This document shows, piece after piece, positions 29,730 to 39,691 of a stretch of DNA of 58,242 bases. The DNA lies in the IMG/VR virus record IMGVR_UViG_3300042557_001822, positions 1 to 58,242 of that record; one strand, 5' to 3'. Origin of the DNA: a virus (lineage: Duplodnaviria; Caudoviricetes). Position numbers and translations under genes: made by a program. The first letter of the stretch is position 1; every line of letters begins with the position of its first letter. The notes under the pieces were generated by a model that was not told the origin of the DNA, ran no database searches, and saw only the letters and a program-made list of their open reading frames with translations.

Positions 29730-30840
29730 ATAGTTTATTGTGTGTGTTGTTGACCTGTATAAATGTTGTTTTTTTGCCAAAATCTTTTATTTTATTAGCC
29801 CCAATATATGTACAAGCGCTTCTTATTCCTCCATAAATATCTTGTATAATTTCTTCAGCCGTTCCTTTATATGGCACAGTTACGCACTTACCTTCTGATG
29901 TTTTATAATTTGCTACGCCATTATTGTGTTTATCCATAGCATTTTTACTACTCATACCATAGTATTGTAAAGACATTTTTCTTTTTTTACACGAAAGGTT
30001 ATATGATAGGTCTAATGGTTGCCAATTTCCGTGTTCGGTTTGATATTCATATTTCCATTCTCCTTCACATTCGCAAACTCCGGCCAGCATACTTCCTAAC
30101 ATTATAAAATCTGCATTGCCACCAAACGCTTTACAAACATCACCAACGACTTTACATCCACCATCTGAGCAAATATGCCCGCCAAGACCATGAGCGGCGT
30201 CTGTGCATTCCATCACAGCACTCAATTGTGGGTATCCTACGCCAGTTTTTAAACGGGTGGTACACACACTGCCCGAACCTATACCAACCTTGACTATATC
30301 GACCTTACCATGAATTATTAATTCTTCTGTCATCTCAGGAGTTACAACATTACCGGCCAATATAATAATTTCTTCATATAGTTTGCGAATATTACTTATT
30401 ATTTTTACAAACTGTTCAGTATAACCGTTTGCTACATCAATACAGATATTTGGTAATGGATAATTAAATTTTCTGATCTGATTAAATACTTCTGTTAATT
30501 TCTCTAGATCTTTTTGTCCGGTTCCAACAGAATAAAACACTAAATCCTTATTAAGGATGCTTGGATCAGTATAAAAAGCAACATACTCATTTATCTTATA
30601 GTGTTTGTGTAAACAAGTCATGGCTTCATGCTCAGATAAAGATTTAGCCATATTAAATGTCCCGATAGTATCCATATTGGCTGCAATAATAGGAACACAT
30701 GACAATTCTCTTGGAGAATACTTAAAAGAAAAATTTCTACTTAAGCATACTTCTGATCGACTGTTGAGTGTTGATCTTTTGGGACGAATAAGTACATCAT
30801 CAAAATCTAATTTTATTTCATTAATAATTTTTTGCATCAT
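29713..30840 (-). CDS. guaC: GMP reductase
   Basis: LDFDDVLIRPKRS, ANMD, IDVANGY, GIGSGSVCTTR, YYGMSS. Confidence 0.93.
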   Translation of the reverse strand: MMQKIINEIKLDFDDVLIRPKRSTLNSRSEVCLSRNFSFKYSPRELSCVPIIAANMDTIGTFNMAKSLSEHEAMTCLHKHYKINEYVAFYTDPSILNKDLVFYSVGTGQKDLEKLTEVFNQIRKFNYPLPNICIDVANGYTEQFVKIISNIRKLYEEIIILAGNVVTPEMTEELIIHGKVDIVKVGIGSGSVCTTRLKTGVGYPQLSAVMECTDAAHGLGGHICSDGGCKVVGDVCKAFGGNADFIMLGSMLAGVCECEGEWKYEYQTEHGNWQPLDLSYNLSCKKRKMSLQYYGMSSKNAMDKHNNGVANYKTSEGKCVTVPYKGTAEEIIQDIYGGIRSACTYIGANKIKDFGKKTTFIQVNNTHNKLYEYKS

Positions 30841-31040
30841 ATTCCTTTTAGATACTTATCTGTGTCATAACACTTCCATTTTTTAAAATCTTCAAACCCT
30901 TGTTCACCAACACATATTTTTGGTCCAGTAAGTACTCCTTTGCCCTTGTAGTGAGTCAAGGCGGCTAGTATTGCACATGAGTGGTCGGTGCAATCAACTA
31001 CGAATTTTATTTGACCAGATTTTACATAATATTTTGGCAT
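30837..31040 (-). CDS. small hypothetical protein
   Basis: MPKYYVKSG start at 31040. Confidence 0.6.
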   Translation of the reverse strand: MPKYYVKSGQIKFVVDCTDHSCAILAALTHYKGKGVLTGPKICVGEQGFEDFKKWKCYDTDKYLKGI

Positions 31041-31041
31041 A

Positions 31042-31572
31042 CTATATATTAAAAAAATACCATCTATTGTGGGTATTAATTTCTTCTTTTGAATTAATTT
31101 CACCAAGATAAGATTTAATATTATCCCAAGAAGAAAAAATCATTTCATGAGGAACAGTACCAAATAACCAATCTGGAGCGTTTTCTTTTCCCTGTACCAT
31201 ATGTATTACGATGGGTTTCTTTTGACGATTTGCCCAAAAAATTTCTTCATATGTTCCGCAAGGATGAATATCCAGATCTAAATTTACAATTAAGAAATCA
31301 CTTATGTCTACTAATCTAAGATCAACAGATCTAATCGTCTTCATTAGCTGAGACAATTCGTCATATTTTCCAGCATTTTTTAATTTAACTTTATGCTTAT
31401 GTGTTAATTCATCTTCTTGACCAACAACTGTGGGTTTTTTTATAGGATTAAAAACTATAATATTAAGAGATTCAAGAAATGGTGTTATTTTGTCTCTCCA
31501 ACCATTCCCTCTATCGGCTACTCTGTCCATAGCACCAGCTAAATAAACTCGCTGATTATTTAATCTATTCAT
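31042..31572 (-). CDS. nucleoside 2-deoxyribosyltransferase-like protein
   Basis: VYLAGAM, WR, FNP, DLRLVDISD, GTYEE. Confidence 0.8.
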   Translation of the reverse strand: MNRLNNQRVYLAGAMDRVADRGNGWRDKITPFLESLNIIVFNPIKKPTVVGQEDELTHKHKVKLKNAGKYDELSQLMKTIRSVDLRLVDISDFLIVNLDLDIHPCGTYEEIFWANRQKKPIVIHMVQGKENAPDWLFGTVPHEMIFSSWDNIKSYLGEINSKEEINTHNRWYFFNI

Positions 31573-31772
31573 TAATATCTATCACAAAAGAAAAAAGTAA
31601 AAATATTTTTAGAATGATGGGTGGTTCTATCATTAGATAGATTGTTTATTCCAGATACAATACCACCTAGCATAGCAACAATAAAACAAATTATTAAAAA
31701 GGGATCCATGATTTCACCAAATTTTTGTTGTTTAGTTTCATACCAATCATATGTATTATACTCGTCGGCCAT
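31572..31772 (-). CDS. small membrane protein
   Basis: One TM segment; start uncertain. Confidence 0.45.
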   Translation of the reverse strand: MADEYNTYDWYETKQQKFGEIMDPFLIICFIVAMLGGIVSGINNLSNDRTTHHSKNIFTFFFCDRY

Positions 31773-31817
31773 GCGTTTAGCAAGAGGTTTTTATTCGTAT
31801 TCATGAGTATGATCATC

Positions 31818-31846
31818 TTGCTATTCTGTACGTTCGAAACTATTAT
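31818..31846 (+). promoter_or_regulatory. possible sigma70 promoter
   Basis: TTGCTA-N17-TATTAT upstream of 31884. Confidence 0.35.
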
Positions 31847-31883
31847 AACGTAGTATTTGTAAACATTAACTATTAAATTCTAA

Positions 31884-32231
31884 ATGACTAGAAAAACAAT
31901 TTTTTGCGATATTGATGGTACAATATTTAAACATCAAAAAACATTAAATAAGATGTTAATCAAAGCCGAGATACTTCCTGGTGTTATAGATAAATTTTTG
32001 GAGTGGAGACAAAAGGAATACTACATAGTATTAACTACCGCAAGGCCACGAGGTTGTAGAAAAGTAACAGAAGATCAATTATTAGATTTTGGTCTTTTCT
32101 TTGATGAATTAATTATGGGATTACCTTCTGGTCCAAGAGTTTTAATAAATGATACTAAACCAAATGGAATGATTACTAGTTGCTCTGTAGCATTAGATCG
32201 AGATACTGGATTTGAAAATTTAGAGGTATAA
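31884..32231 (+). CDS. minimal HAD-family phosphatase
   Basis: FCDIDGT, TTAR, LIND. Confidence 0.78.
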   Translation: MTRKTIFCDIDGTIFKHQKTLNKMLIKAEILPGVIDKFLEWRQKEYYIVLTTARPRGCRKVTEDQLLDFGLFFDELIMGLPSGPRVLINDTKPNGMITSCSVALDRDTGFENLEV

Positions 32232-32233
32232 TT

Positions 32234-32530
32234 ATGACTTTCAAAGAATATTATAAACATTATTTAAGCTTACATCAAAATAAGACATGCAGAAGATTGC
32301 ATGTTTTAGGTCAACTATTAACCGTCGCATTTGTATGCACAATTTTATATCTCAGAGGATGGTTTTTATTATTATTACCATTAACTCCTTTTATAGTTTA
32401 TCCATTCGCATGGTCTGGACATTTCTATTTTGAAAAAAATAAACCAGCAGCATTTAAAAATCCAGTACTAGCAAAATGTGCAGATTGGGTAATGCTATTT
32501 GATATTATCAGAGGAAAGATTCCTTTTTAG
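32234..32530 (+). CDS. DUF962/Mpo1-like membrane protein
   Basis: YLSLHQN..CRRLH; AWSGHFYFEKNKPA. Confidence 0.85.
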   Translation: MTFKEYYKHYLSLHQNKTCRRLHVLGQLLTVAFVCTILYLRGWFLLLLPLTPFIVYPFAWSGHFYFEKNKPAAFKNPVLAKCADWVMLFDIIRGKIPF

Positions 32531-32950
32531 TTCTGAAGAAGAAAAGATTTTTGGCAAACGGATAAAAACTCGATTAATATTATTTTTGTCACAAATATAC
32601 TTCTCTTGTAAATTTTCATTATTAATAGACCTATCTCCACTATTAAAAAAGAATACTTCTGTATTTTTATGATTTATATCTTTTGTTAATAATTCTAAAG
32701 TAGCAGAGATAGAAGAGTCTGAATCTATGGACAGAACAGCTTTGTCTATAGATTTAATATTATTAATTATTTCTAATCTATGATTTTCATCCATAAATTT
32801 AGCAGATTTTTTTAAATTTACTTGATAATCATTATTAACAATACAAATCAAATAATCACATTGTTCTTTGGCAGAATTAATATACTGTATATGTCCGACA
32901 TGAATTGGATTAAAATATCCTGAAACAATACCTATTTTAGTTTTATTCAT
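32495..32950 (-). CDS. HIGH-type cytidylyl/adenylyltransferase (TagD/RfaE-II-like)
   Basis: SGYFNPIHVGH, VNND, NSGDR, SSS. Confidence 0.82.
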   Translation of the reverse strand: MNKTKIGIVSGYFNPIHVGHIQYINSAKEQCDYLICIVNNDYQVNLKKSAKFMDENHRLEIINNIKSIDKAVLSIDSDSSISATLELLTKDINHKNTEVFFFNSGDRSINNENLQEKYICDKNNINRVFIRLPKIFSSSELKRNLSSDNIK

Positions 32951-33908
32951 TAATAATAACTGATCCGCTTTTAGAAATATTTAAGTCTATAAAATCATTA
33001 AAAAAGCTTTTTTGAATTTGTAATTTATCTTCTTTACTTTTGGTAATTCCGAATATAAACCCTGAGCCTCCACTACCTATTAATTTCCCACCAATCATAC
33101 CTAATTGACTTAAACTATCCATAAGCTCATCTGTTTTTGATCCTGAGATTAAGGACGATATACGTTTCTTAGATTCCCACGATTCTTTGAGTAGATTTCC
33201 AATATCAGATATATTTTCTTTACAAAAAGCATCATATCCTTCGTGTGCCAATCTGAGAATATCTATTTTATTTTTATCATCACTTCCTGTGTCATGTGCG
33301 GTTGCTATTTTGAAAGACTGCCTTTGGTTGCCTGTATATATTAAGAATGAATGATCAATAAACTTATTAATAAAATTTTCTGAGATAGGTAAGGGTCTAA
33401 CAGAAAAATCTCCTGAAGTATTAATAGAAATAGAATTAAAACCACCATATGCCGCCCATATTTGGTCTTGTATACCTCCAACTTCATTGAGATGTTGTCT
33501 TTCTATTTTGATTGCATAATTAGCTAATTCTTTGGTTGAATATTTATACTTATATCTTAAAGCATTAATAAGTCCAACAATAAATGTTGAGGAGGATCCT
33601 GTTCCTGTCTGTGCCGGTAGATCGCTCAAGCAAGATATTTCTAATCTCTCATCTAATAAATTAAAATATTCTAATACTCCACGAACCCCATTATGTTGTA
33701 TATCTTTATTATTAGTTACTGTTTCTATTTTTGAATATGATATTTTAGATATATAATTAAATATATATGGATTATTTCTAACCATAATATAAGAATATTT
33801 ATCAATAGCAAATCCTATTAATAATGAACCATGCTTAGAATAGAATGATTCATAATCTGTTGATCCGCCGAATAAAGATATCCTATATGGAGTTTTAGAA
33901 ATTATCAT
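32943..33908 (-). CDS. GHMP kinase, HddA-like heptose-7-phosphate kinase
   Basis: TPYRISLFGGSTD, PAQTGTGSS, GIQDQ, GGKLIGSGGSG. Confidence 0.85.
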   Translation of the reverse strand: MIISKTPYRISLFGGSTDYESFYSKHGSLLIGFAIDKYSYIMVRNNPYIFNYISKISYSKIETVTNNKDIQHNGVRGVLEYFNLLDERLEISCLSDLPAQTGTGSSSTFIVGLINALRYKYKYSTKELANYAIKIERQHLNEVGGIQDQIWAAYGGFNSISINTSGDFSVRPLPISENFINKFIDHSFLIYTGNQRQSFKIATAHDTGSDDKNKIDILRLAHEGYDAFCKENISDIGNLLKESWESKKRISSLISGSKTDELMDSLSQLGMIGGKLIGSGGSGFIFGITKSKEDKLQIQKSFFNDFIDLNISKSGSVIINE

Positions 33909-34858
33909 TAGTAATTAAACATCCCGGTCGTATCTGTCAAATCTTTGCAAAAATCATATAATTCTATAATATTACGATCAAGAGTAGTATCTTCTATATT
34001 AAAACCTAGATCATATAATTTTTGACTACTAACAAGATAGTCTCTTTTATCAGGATCAGTTTTTTCGTTATGTTCTACTATTTCACAGCCAAGAACCTTT
34101 TGAATTTGTTTAGCAAAATCTAGCTTTGTAGAATTTAATGAATCTGCTCCTAAATTATATACCTGTCCACGCATTTGATCAAAATTATTAATTCCAAATG
34201 CAAAGGCTCTACATATATCATGAACAGATATAAAATTTCTTCTAAAGTTTCCATCATAAATATCTAATTTATTAGTTTTACTAACTTTATAAACAAAATT
34301 ATTAACAAGTAGATCTAGTCTTGGTCGCCCAGACAAACCAAAAACAGTAGCCAATCTAAAACAAACAACATTATTATATTCTTTTAATAATAATAGTTCA
34401 GTATTTTGTTTTAGTTTGCCATATAAGGATATAGGATTAGAAGGACTTGACTCAGTACATACGCTGCCTTCTGGTGTAGTTCCGTATCCAGAGTTAGTAT
34501 TTGGATATAAGATTTTTTGTCGTCCAGTAACTTGTTTTAATAGATGTGTGTACCATGTATAATTTATATTAGTAGATAATACTGGAATTTTATCACATGC
34601 TGGAGCACCAACTATTGCCGCTAAACATATAATATAATCTGCAGTTTTTATATGATTTATCAAGTTGTTTGACCAATCGAGAATATCTTCATTATAAAAA
34701 TCTATTTGTGGATGTTCCAAATAAGATTTTACATATTCCCATTGATTATAATATAAATTATCAAAACCTACTATTTTTGCATTTGGTAAAGTTTTAATAA
34801 TATGTTGACATAGCGAACTACCTATATATCCAGCAGCACCGGTGATTAATATTTTCAT
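33908..34858 (-). CDS. NAD-dependent sugar epimerase/dehydratase (extended SDR)
   Basis: GAAGYIG, YGKLK, RLATVFG..R.DLLVN. Confidence 0.9.
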   Translation of the reverse strand: MKILITGAAGYIGSSLCQHIIKTLPNAKIVGFDNLYYNQWEYVKSYLEHPQIDFYNEDILDWSNNLINHIKTADYIICLAAIVGAPACDKIPVLSTNINYTWYTHLLKQVTGRQKILYPNTNSGYGTTPEGSVCTESSPSNPISLYGKLKQNTELLLLKEYNNVVCFRLATVFGLSGRPRLDLLVNNFVYKVSKTNKLDIYDGNFRRNFISVHDICRAFAFGINNFDQMRGQVYNLGADSLNSTKLDFAKQIQKVLGCEIVEHNEKTDPDKRDYLVSSQKLYDLGFNIEDTTLDRNIIELYDFCKDLTDTTGMFNY

Positions 34859-34864
34859 ATATAA

Positions 34865-35371
34865 TTAATTATCTATAATAGAGTGTAAGAAAATTTGATG
34901 AACGCATTCAACAACGCCATAACTATGAGAATCTATCCAATAGTCTAATATCGCATGAGTACTGAATTCTTTTCTAGTTTTATTATCAGAATCAAAACCA
35001 GTTAATAAAATAAATTTAATATTATTTTCATAACAATATTTTGCAGCATTGTATATATTTAAGGAATTTCCAGAAGAGGATATTAAAATTACAAGAGTAT
35101 TATTGTCTTTATAACTATCTATATATTTAGCATAGGCATTCTCTGTTCCATAGTCATTCATAGAAGCAGTAAGCATACTAGCATCTGAAAAAGCCAGAGA
35201 TTTCTTGTTTAAGAATTTTATATAATCTACAGCAATATGAGACGCTATGGCATTACTACCACCATTACCTATAAGAATAATTTGATTGGCACTATTAATT
35301 GAAGATAATAATAAATCACGATCTTTTTGACTTATTAAAGATATTGCTTTATTTGTTTCAACTAAATTCAT
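34865..35371 (-). CDS. gmhA: phosphoheptose isomerase (SIS domain)
   Basis: GNGGS, NDYG, ISSSGNS, LTGF, VECVH. Confidence 0.82.
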   Translation of the reverse strand: MNLVETNKAISLISQKDRDLLLSSINSANQIILIGNGGSNAIASHIAVDYIKFLNKKSLAFSDASMLTASMNDYGTENAYAKYIDSYKDNNTLVILISSSGNSLNIYNAAKYCYENNIKFILLTGFDSDNKTRKEFSTHAILDYWIDSHSYGVVECVHQIFLHSIIDN

Positions 35372-36507
35372 TGGAAAAACTCTTTCATTGCAGTTTTAAT
35401 ACGTTCAATATTTTCGGATGTCATATATCTGTGAGTACCTATATGAATACCATTATTTCCACACCAGATAGCATTTTTGTATTTATTATCCGAATCTCCA
35501 CTATTTAAATAGTTAAGACTATTATGATGTCCACAAAAACCAAAATTTCTTTTCCAATGAATATTATATTTATCCATTATTTTTTCTAAATCTCTACAAG
35601 ATTTATTTGACTTTGGTTTCAGTGTTATACTAAAGCCGTGTGGCATAACCTCCATGTGTGATGGCTCATCACTAAACCACGCTATATCTTCATATTGTTT
35701 CGAGAATGTAACAAGTTCTCTCCAAATATATTTTCTCTGTTCTATATTAGTATGAAATTCGTCGATAGCACCTAGTGCTAATGATGCACACATATCTGTA
35801 GTTTTGAAATTACTTCCAAAGCGAATATGGTCAAAAAAAGCAGAATTGGGATGTCTTCCGTGTGATCTAATGCTAATAAGTAAATCTTTTAATTTTTCAT
35901 CATCGGTATAAATGCATGATCCCTCACCGGCTTGAACTAAGTGAGCTTGGAAAAATGATGAGCAGCCTCCTATAGCATATTTATGAGTAAATTGATTATT
36001 TATCTTGCTACCATAATTTTCACAGCTATCTTCAAATAATACCAATCCATACCTATCTGCTATATCTTTTAAGATAGACATTTCTGATGGCCTGCCCATT
36101 GTTCCGACAGCATATATTGCTACAACATCATCATCTATTTCTTTCTCAACAAGTTCTTCGTCAATATTAAGTGTATCAGATTTAATATCTACCCATTTAG
36201 GTATTAGTCCTCCTGAAACTACAGCCGTGCTATTCGCTATGAATGCTAGGGCTGGACATATAACCTTACTTTTACCTTTAATAACTTTTTTACGTGCTAT
36301 TTCTGGTAAAGCTAAAGTCATAGCAGTTAAAGATGCTGTTCCGCTACTTGTTGCTACAGCATATTTAGTTCCCATTAATGCTGCAAATTTTTCTTCTAAT
36401 AATTTTGTTTTTGGTCCCATTGAGGCCCAATTAGTATCAAGACAGTCCATTACATGCTGTCTAGCTATTGAATTTATTTTCAATTCTCCAAATTCGATCT
36501 TTTTCAT
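35368..36507 (-). CDS. DegT/DnrJ-fold PLP enzyme, His-type (ColD/RfbH-like 3-dehydratase)
   Basis: SSGTAS, EDSCE, SFFQAH...GEG (His at the usual Lys position). Confidence 0.82.
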   Translation of the reverse strand: MKKIEFGELKINSIARQHVMDCLDTNWASMGPKTKLLEEKFAALMGTKYAVATSSGTASLTAMTLALPEIARKKVIKGKSKVICPALAFIANSTAVVSGGLIPKWVDIKSDTLNIDEELVEKEIDDDVVAIYAVGTMGRPSEMSILKDIADRYGLVLFEDSCENYGSKINNQFTHKYAIGGCSSFFQAHLVQAGEGSCIYTDDEKLKDLLISIRSHGRHPNSAFFDHIRFGSNFKTTDMCASLALGAIDEFHTNIEQRKYIWRELVTFSKQYEDIAWFSDEPSHMEVMPHGFSITLKPKSNKSCRDLEKIMDKYNIHWKRNFGFCGHHNSLNYLNSGDSDNKYKNAIWCGNNGIHIGTHRYMTSENIERIKTAMKEFFQ

Positions 36508-36527
36508 AATAAGCTCCTAGGCATATA

Positions 36528-36887
36528 TTAAATTTCTATATCGGTTAAACCAGTATTTCTTTCAAGACAAATAGCATAACTAGTAATTTGACCATTTTCT
36601 TTTTTATCATTAATCAACACCCTTGGTCCTATCGGTAGTCCCATAACTAATTGATCATAGAATATGCCACTATCTTTTAGCTGTTGTACTGTTGTAGCTC
36701 GACAACCTTCTGGCCTAGCTGTAGTTAATACTATATAATAGTCTTTTTCTCTCCATTCAGAAAATTTTTCTATAACATTATCTAGAATCTGTATTTTAGA
36801 AGTTACGATTTCGTATAAAGTTGGCTGATGATACACGATAGTTCCATCTATATCACAAAAAATAGTTTTTCTATATGATCTATCCAT
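36528..36887 (-). CDS. minimal HAD-family phosphatase, paralog of 31884-32231
   Basis: FCDIDGT, TTARPEGCR, GPRVLIND. Confidence 0.78.
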   Translation of the reverse strand: MDRSYRKTIFCDIDGTIVYHQPTLYEIVTSKIQILDNVIEKFSEWREKDYYIVLTTARPEGCRATTVQQLKDSGIFYDQLVMGLPIGPRVLINDKKENGQITSYAICLERNTGLTDIEI

Positions 36888-37791
36888 TTTTTTTCTCTAT
36901 TATATTTTTAATAAAATTGCATATTTCTTGACTTGATGGAGGTAGATTATCTAAATGTTTCGCAAAACCAGCGGATCTATTTTTTAATCCCATAGTATAT
37001 ACTTTTGAGTTTGAATTCATCATTAATTTATGAGCAATATTTGAGGCTATACCATCTTCATAATCGTCATCAAGAACAATAGCTAAGCCACAACTATTTA
37101 GATGTTTTAGAATTTGATTATCTAATAAATATGGTTTAAGAATTTTTTGATGATATACTGAAACTTTAATTCCTTTTTCTAATAGAATTTTTGATGCTTC
37201 CATTGCAGCAAATCTGGTTACAGAAATTGGAAATAAAATACAGTCAGGCTCTGGGAAAACGATATCTTTAAGTTCTTTATTGTTATTATAAGACTCTCTA
37301 TGCTCTGAAACATAAAATACATCATCGCTATTCATAAAATCATTATAACATTCTTTGTACTCATCAGAACTCATAGGAGAGTATATTTTTACTCCTGGCA
37401 TTCTATAATAAAGAGAGTGGTGAGAACTGCCAGCAACCGGGCCTATTGATCCCTCCATAGCTATACTTCTTATAAAAATTGGACATGGTACTCCCCAAAT
37501 TTCTTTGCTTTTACAAGCATAGTTTATTATACTTATTGAATTATACCAATTAAATCCTTGATATCGAATAACATAAATAGGCCTTTTCCCCATTAATCCA
37601 GCACCCACTACAAAAGCACCACCAGCCACATCTGCCATTGATAATTCTACCATTCCTTGATCTTCATACATTTCTGGCAATGTACCTCCAACCCAACCAA
37701 CAGCAGTTAAGCATTGGCCAAATGCTAAAAATCCATTATTTAAGTGACTAGCAACTGTATTTTTTATAGTTTCTCTAAGCGTGATTTCCAT
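36880..37791 (-). CDS. TPP enzyme E1 beta-like / transketolase C-terminal subunit
   Basis: MGKRPI, GPVAGSSH, MPGVKI; paired with the alpha subunit. Confidence 0.8.
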   Translation of the reverse strand: MEITLRETIKNTVASHLNNGFLAFGQCLTAVGWVGGTLPEMYEDQGMVELSMADVAGGAFVVGAGLMGKRPIYVIRYQGFNWYNSISIINYACKSKEIWGVPCPIFIRSIAMEGSIGPVAGSSHHSLYYRMPGVKIYSPMSSDEYKECYNDFMNSDDVFYVSEHRESYNNNKELKDIVFPEPDCILFPISVTRFAAMEASKILLEKGIKVSVYHQKILKPYLLDNQILKHLNSCGLAIVLDDDYEDGIASNIAHKLMMNSNSKVYTMGLKNRSAGFAKHLDNLPPSSQEICNFIKNIIEKKNG

Positions 37792-38570
37792 AATTCCTCA
37801 AAATATTCTAATTCTTTAGTTATATCTTCTTTTTCTAACCAGTCTACTGAATCCCCATCTTTACCTGCGCCACAATGCCAAAATAATCGATTTGTATTAA
37901 TATTTAATAATCTTGGTTTATTAAATTTATAATCGTTGAGACTATTCAATATATCGTTGGGCTCATCTGATATATTAAAAGATTCTATACCCATTGATTT
38001 AGAAACATCATTTATTTCCCAATTTCTTCTTACTTTTTTTTCTGTTAATATTGATAAATTATTATCTTCAACTACAAATAATATTGGTATGTTTTTTGTC
38101 GAAGCCCATCCATAGGCTGCTAGAGCATAGTCCTCTTCCGCTGCCGCATCACCAGCAAAAACTATAGTTGGTTTCTTACTGGCAAAACAAGCACCAACTC
38201 CTATAGGAATATTGCTACCCATTAATCCATCATGACCATACATATTAATTTCTGAACAATTAATTGATGCAGATCCGCCCATTCCTTTGGTGCATCCGGT
38301 ATCTAAACCAAGTAATTCATCTATTAGTTTTATAGGATCTCCTCCAAAATTTAAATAAATAGAATGACAACGATGTTGACCAAAAATCAATGGTGAAATG
38401 TTATATTTTTTACAATAAACACTTATTGTGGATGATATCATTTCTTGTCCAGCAGAAAGGTACACTGGAATTTTGATATTTTTCTTTTGTATTTGATTAT
38501 AAGTAGCAGTTTCAAAAGCTCTGCATATCTTTGCTCTAGAGATTATTTCATTCAGCATGTTTTTATACAA
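37764..38570 (-). CDS. TPP enzyme E1 alpha-like subunit
   Basis: YLSAGQE, HRCH, GMGGS, GDAAAEE...EDN. Confidence 0.85.
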   Translation of the reverse strand: MYKNMLNEIISRAKICRAFETATYNQIQKKNIKIPVYLSAGQEMISSTISVYCKKYNISPLIFGQHRCHSIYLNFGGDPIKLIDELLGLDTGCTKGMGGSASINCSEINMYGHDGLMGSNIPIGVGACFASKKPTIVFAGDAAAEEDYALAAYGWASTKNIPILFVVEDNNLSILTEKKVRRNWEINDVSKSMGIESFNISDEPNDILNSLNDYKFNKPRLLNINTNRLFWHCGAGKDGDSVDWLEKEDITKELEYFEELWKSRLEKL

Positions 38571-39172
38571 AGCCCTTCTATTGGTATAGACAAATTAAAT
38601 TTATTTATTAATATATTTAAATTATCATAACTTATGATATCTCCAGGACCAGCAACCGCAAGTCCTAAATGAGATACCGAGCCTTCTGTTATCATAAAAT
38701 TTTCAAATTTTTCTGATTTATCAAAATCATTTTTTGTTGCAATTTTATTAAAGAATATTTGACAATTTCCAACCCTTCCATTCAGAATATTTAATGGATT
38801 AATTTCAGTTCCATCTTCTCCCATTTTCGTAGATCCTGCTCTACCATATGTATCTTCTAGTCTTACTATATCTTCTTTATCTACGGGGGTTTCAATCTCT
38901 AATAACTGTAATACATTATCTGTCATGCATTTAGTTCTGTGAAAAACCCCATGACGAATCATAATTTTTTCGCCAAAAAAAAGCTTGAATGTATTATTTA
39001 GAAACGAAATTTTTGCAGCTCCATCTAATACTAGGAGTCCTGTTTTTTTATTGGGGTGAGAGTGTAGTGAAGTTTCATGGTATGGATTTATAAATAAATG
39101 CCATATTGCGACTTCGCTGTTTTGATAAAGAAGATACTCGTAGCCCCAAGGTTTTTTAATCGTTTTCAACAT
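38552..39172 (-). CDS. cupin (mannose-6-phosphate isomerase type II-like)
   Basis: KPWG, TSLHSH, FHR, DIVRLEDTYGR. Confidence 0.78.
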   Translation of the reverse strand: MLKTIKKPWGYEYLLYQNSEVAIWHLFINPYHETSLHSHPNKKTGLLVLDGAAKISFLNNTFKLFFGEKIMIRHGVFHRTKCMTDNVLQLLEIETPVDKEDIVRLEDTYGRAGSTKMGEDGTEINPLNILNGRVGNCQIFFNKIATKNDFDKSEKFENFMITEGSVSHLGLAVAGPGDIISYDNLNILINKFNLSIPIEGLCIKTC

Positions 39173-39689
39173 TGAAAGTCTTCATCCCTATTCTCATCCA
39201 TTCTCCCATATCATCATAGTGGGCGCATGATATCAAATTACCATCTACACTGACTGTTCTGGAATATTCAGCGCCAGCATTTTTAATATCTGGTTCTATA
39301 GAATAATACCCAGCACATTTTCTTCCATGTAGAACATCTGCTGTAATCAATAATTGTCCACCATTACAGATACACATTGTTGGCTTATTAGCCTTAAACC
39401 ATTCACGAACAAATTCTACAGCCTTTTTTTCTAATCTAAGTTTTTCTAAACATTTAACACCGCCAGGAATAAGCAATAGATCAAAATCTGCAACTGTATA
39501 ATTGGGTGTTAATAGATCTTCAACATGTATATTAGATAACATATGAACACCTAGACTACCAAAGATTTTTTCATTTCTTTTATTGGCAGCTATTGTTACA
39601 TTATATTCATGTTCATGCAGAGCATAAAAGGGATAAACTGTTTCATGGTCCTGAAATTTTTCCCATGTTAATATTAGTGCTTTTTTCAT
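39156..39689 (-). CDS. DJ-1/PfpI family protein
   Basis: FQDHE, IPGG, ICNG, DGNLIS. Confidence 0.88.
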   Translation of the reverse strand: MKKALILTWEKFQDHETVYPFYALHEHEYNVTIAANKRNEKIFGSLGVHMLSNIHVEDLLTPNYTVADFDLLLIPGGVKCLEKLRLEKKAVEFVREWFKANKPTMCICNGGQLLITADVLHGRKCAGYYSIEPDIKNAGAEYSRTVSVDGNLISCAHYDDMGEWMRIGMKTFNVEND

Positions 39690-39691
39690 TT

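Noticed and set aside
36880-38570. Pyruvate dehydrogenase auxiliary metabolic genes
   Set aside because: No E2/E3 in the window, short alpha subunit, embedded in a sugar cluster.
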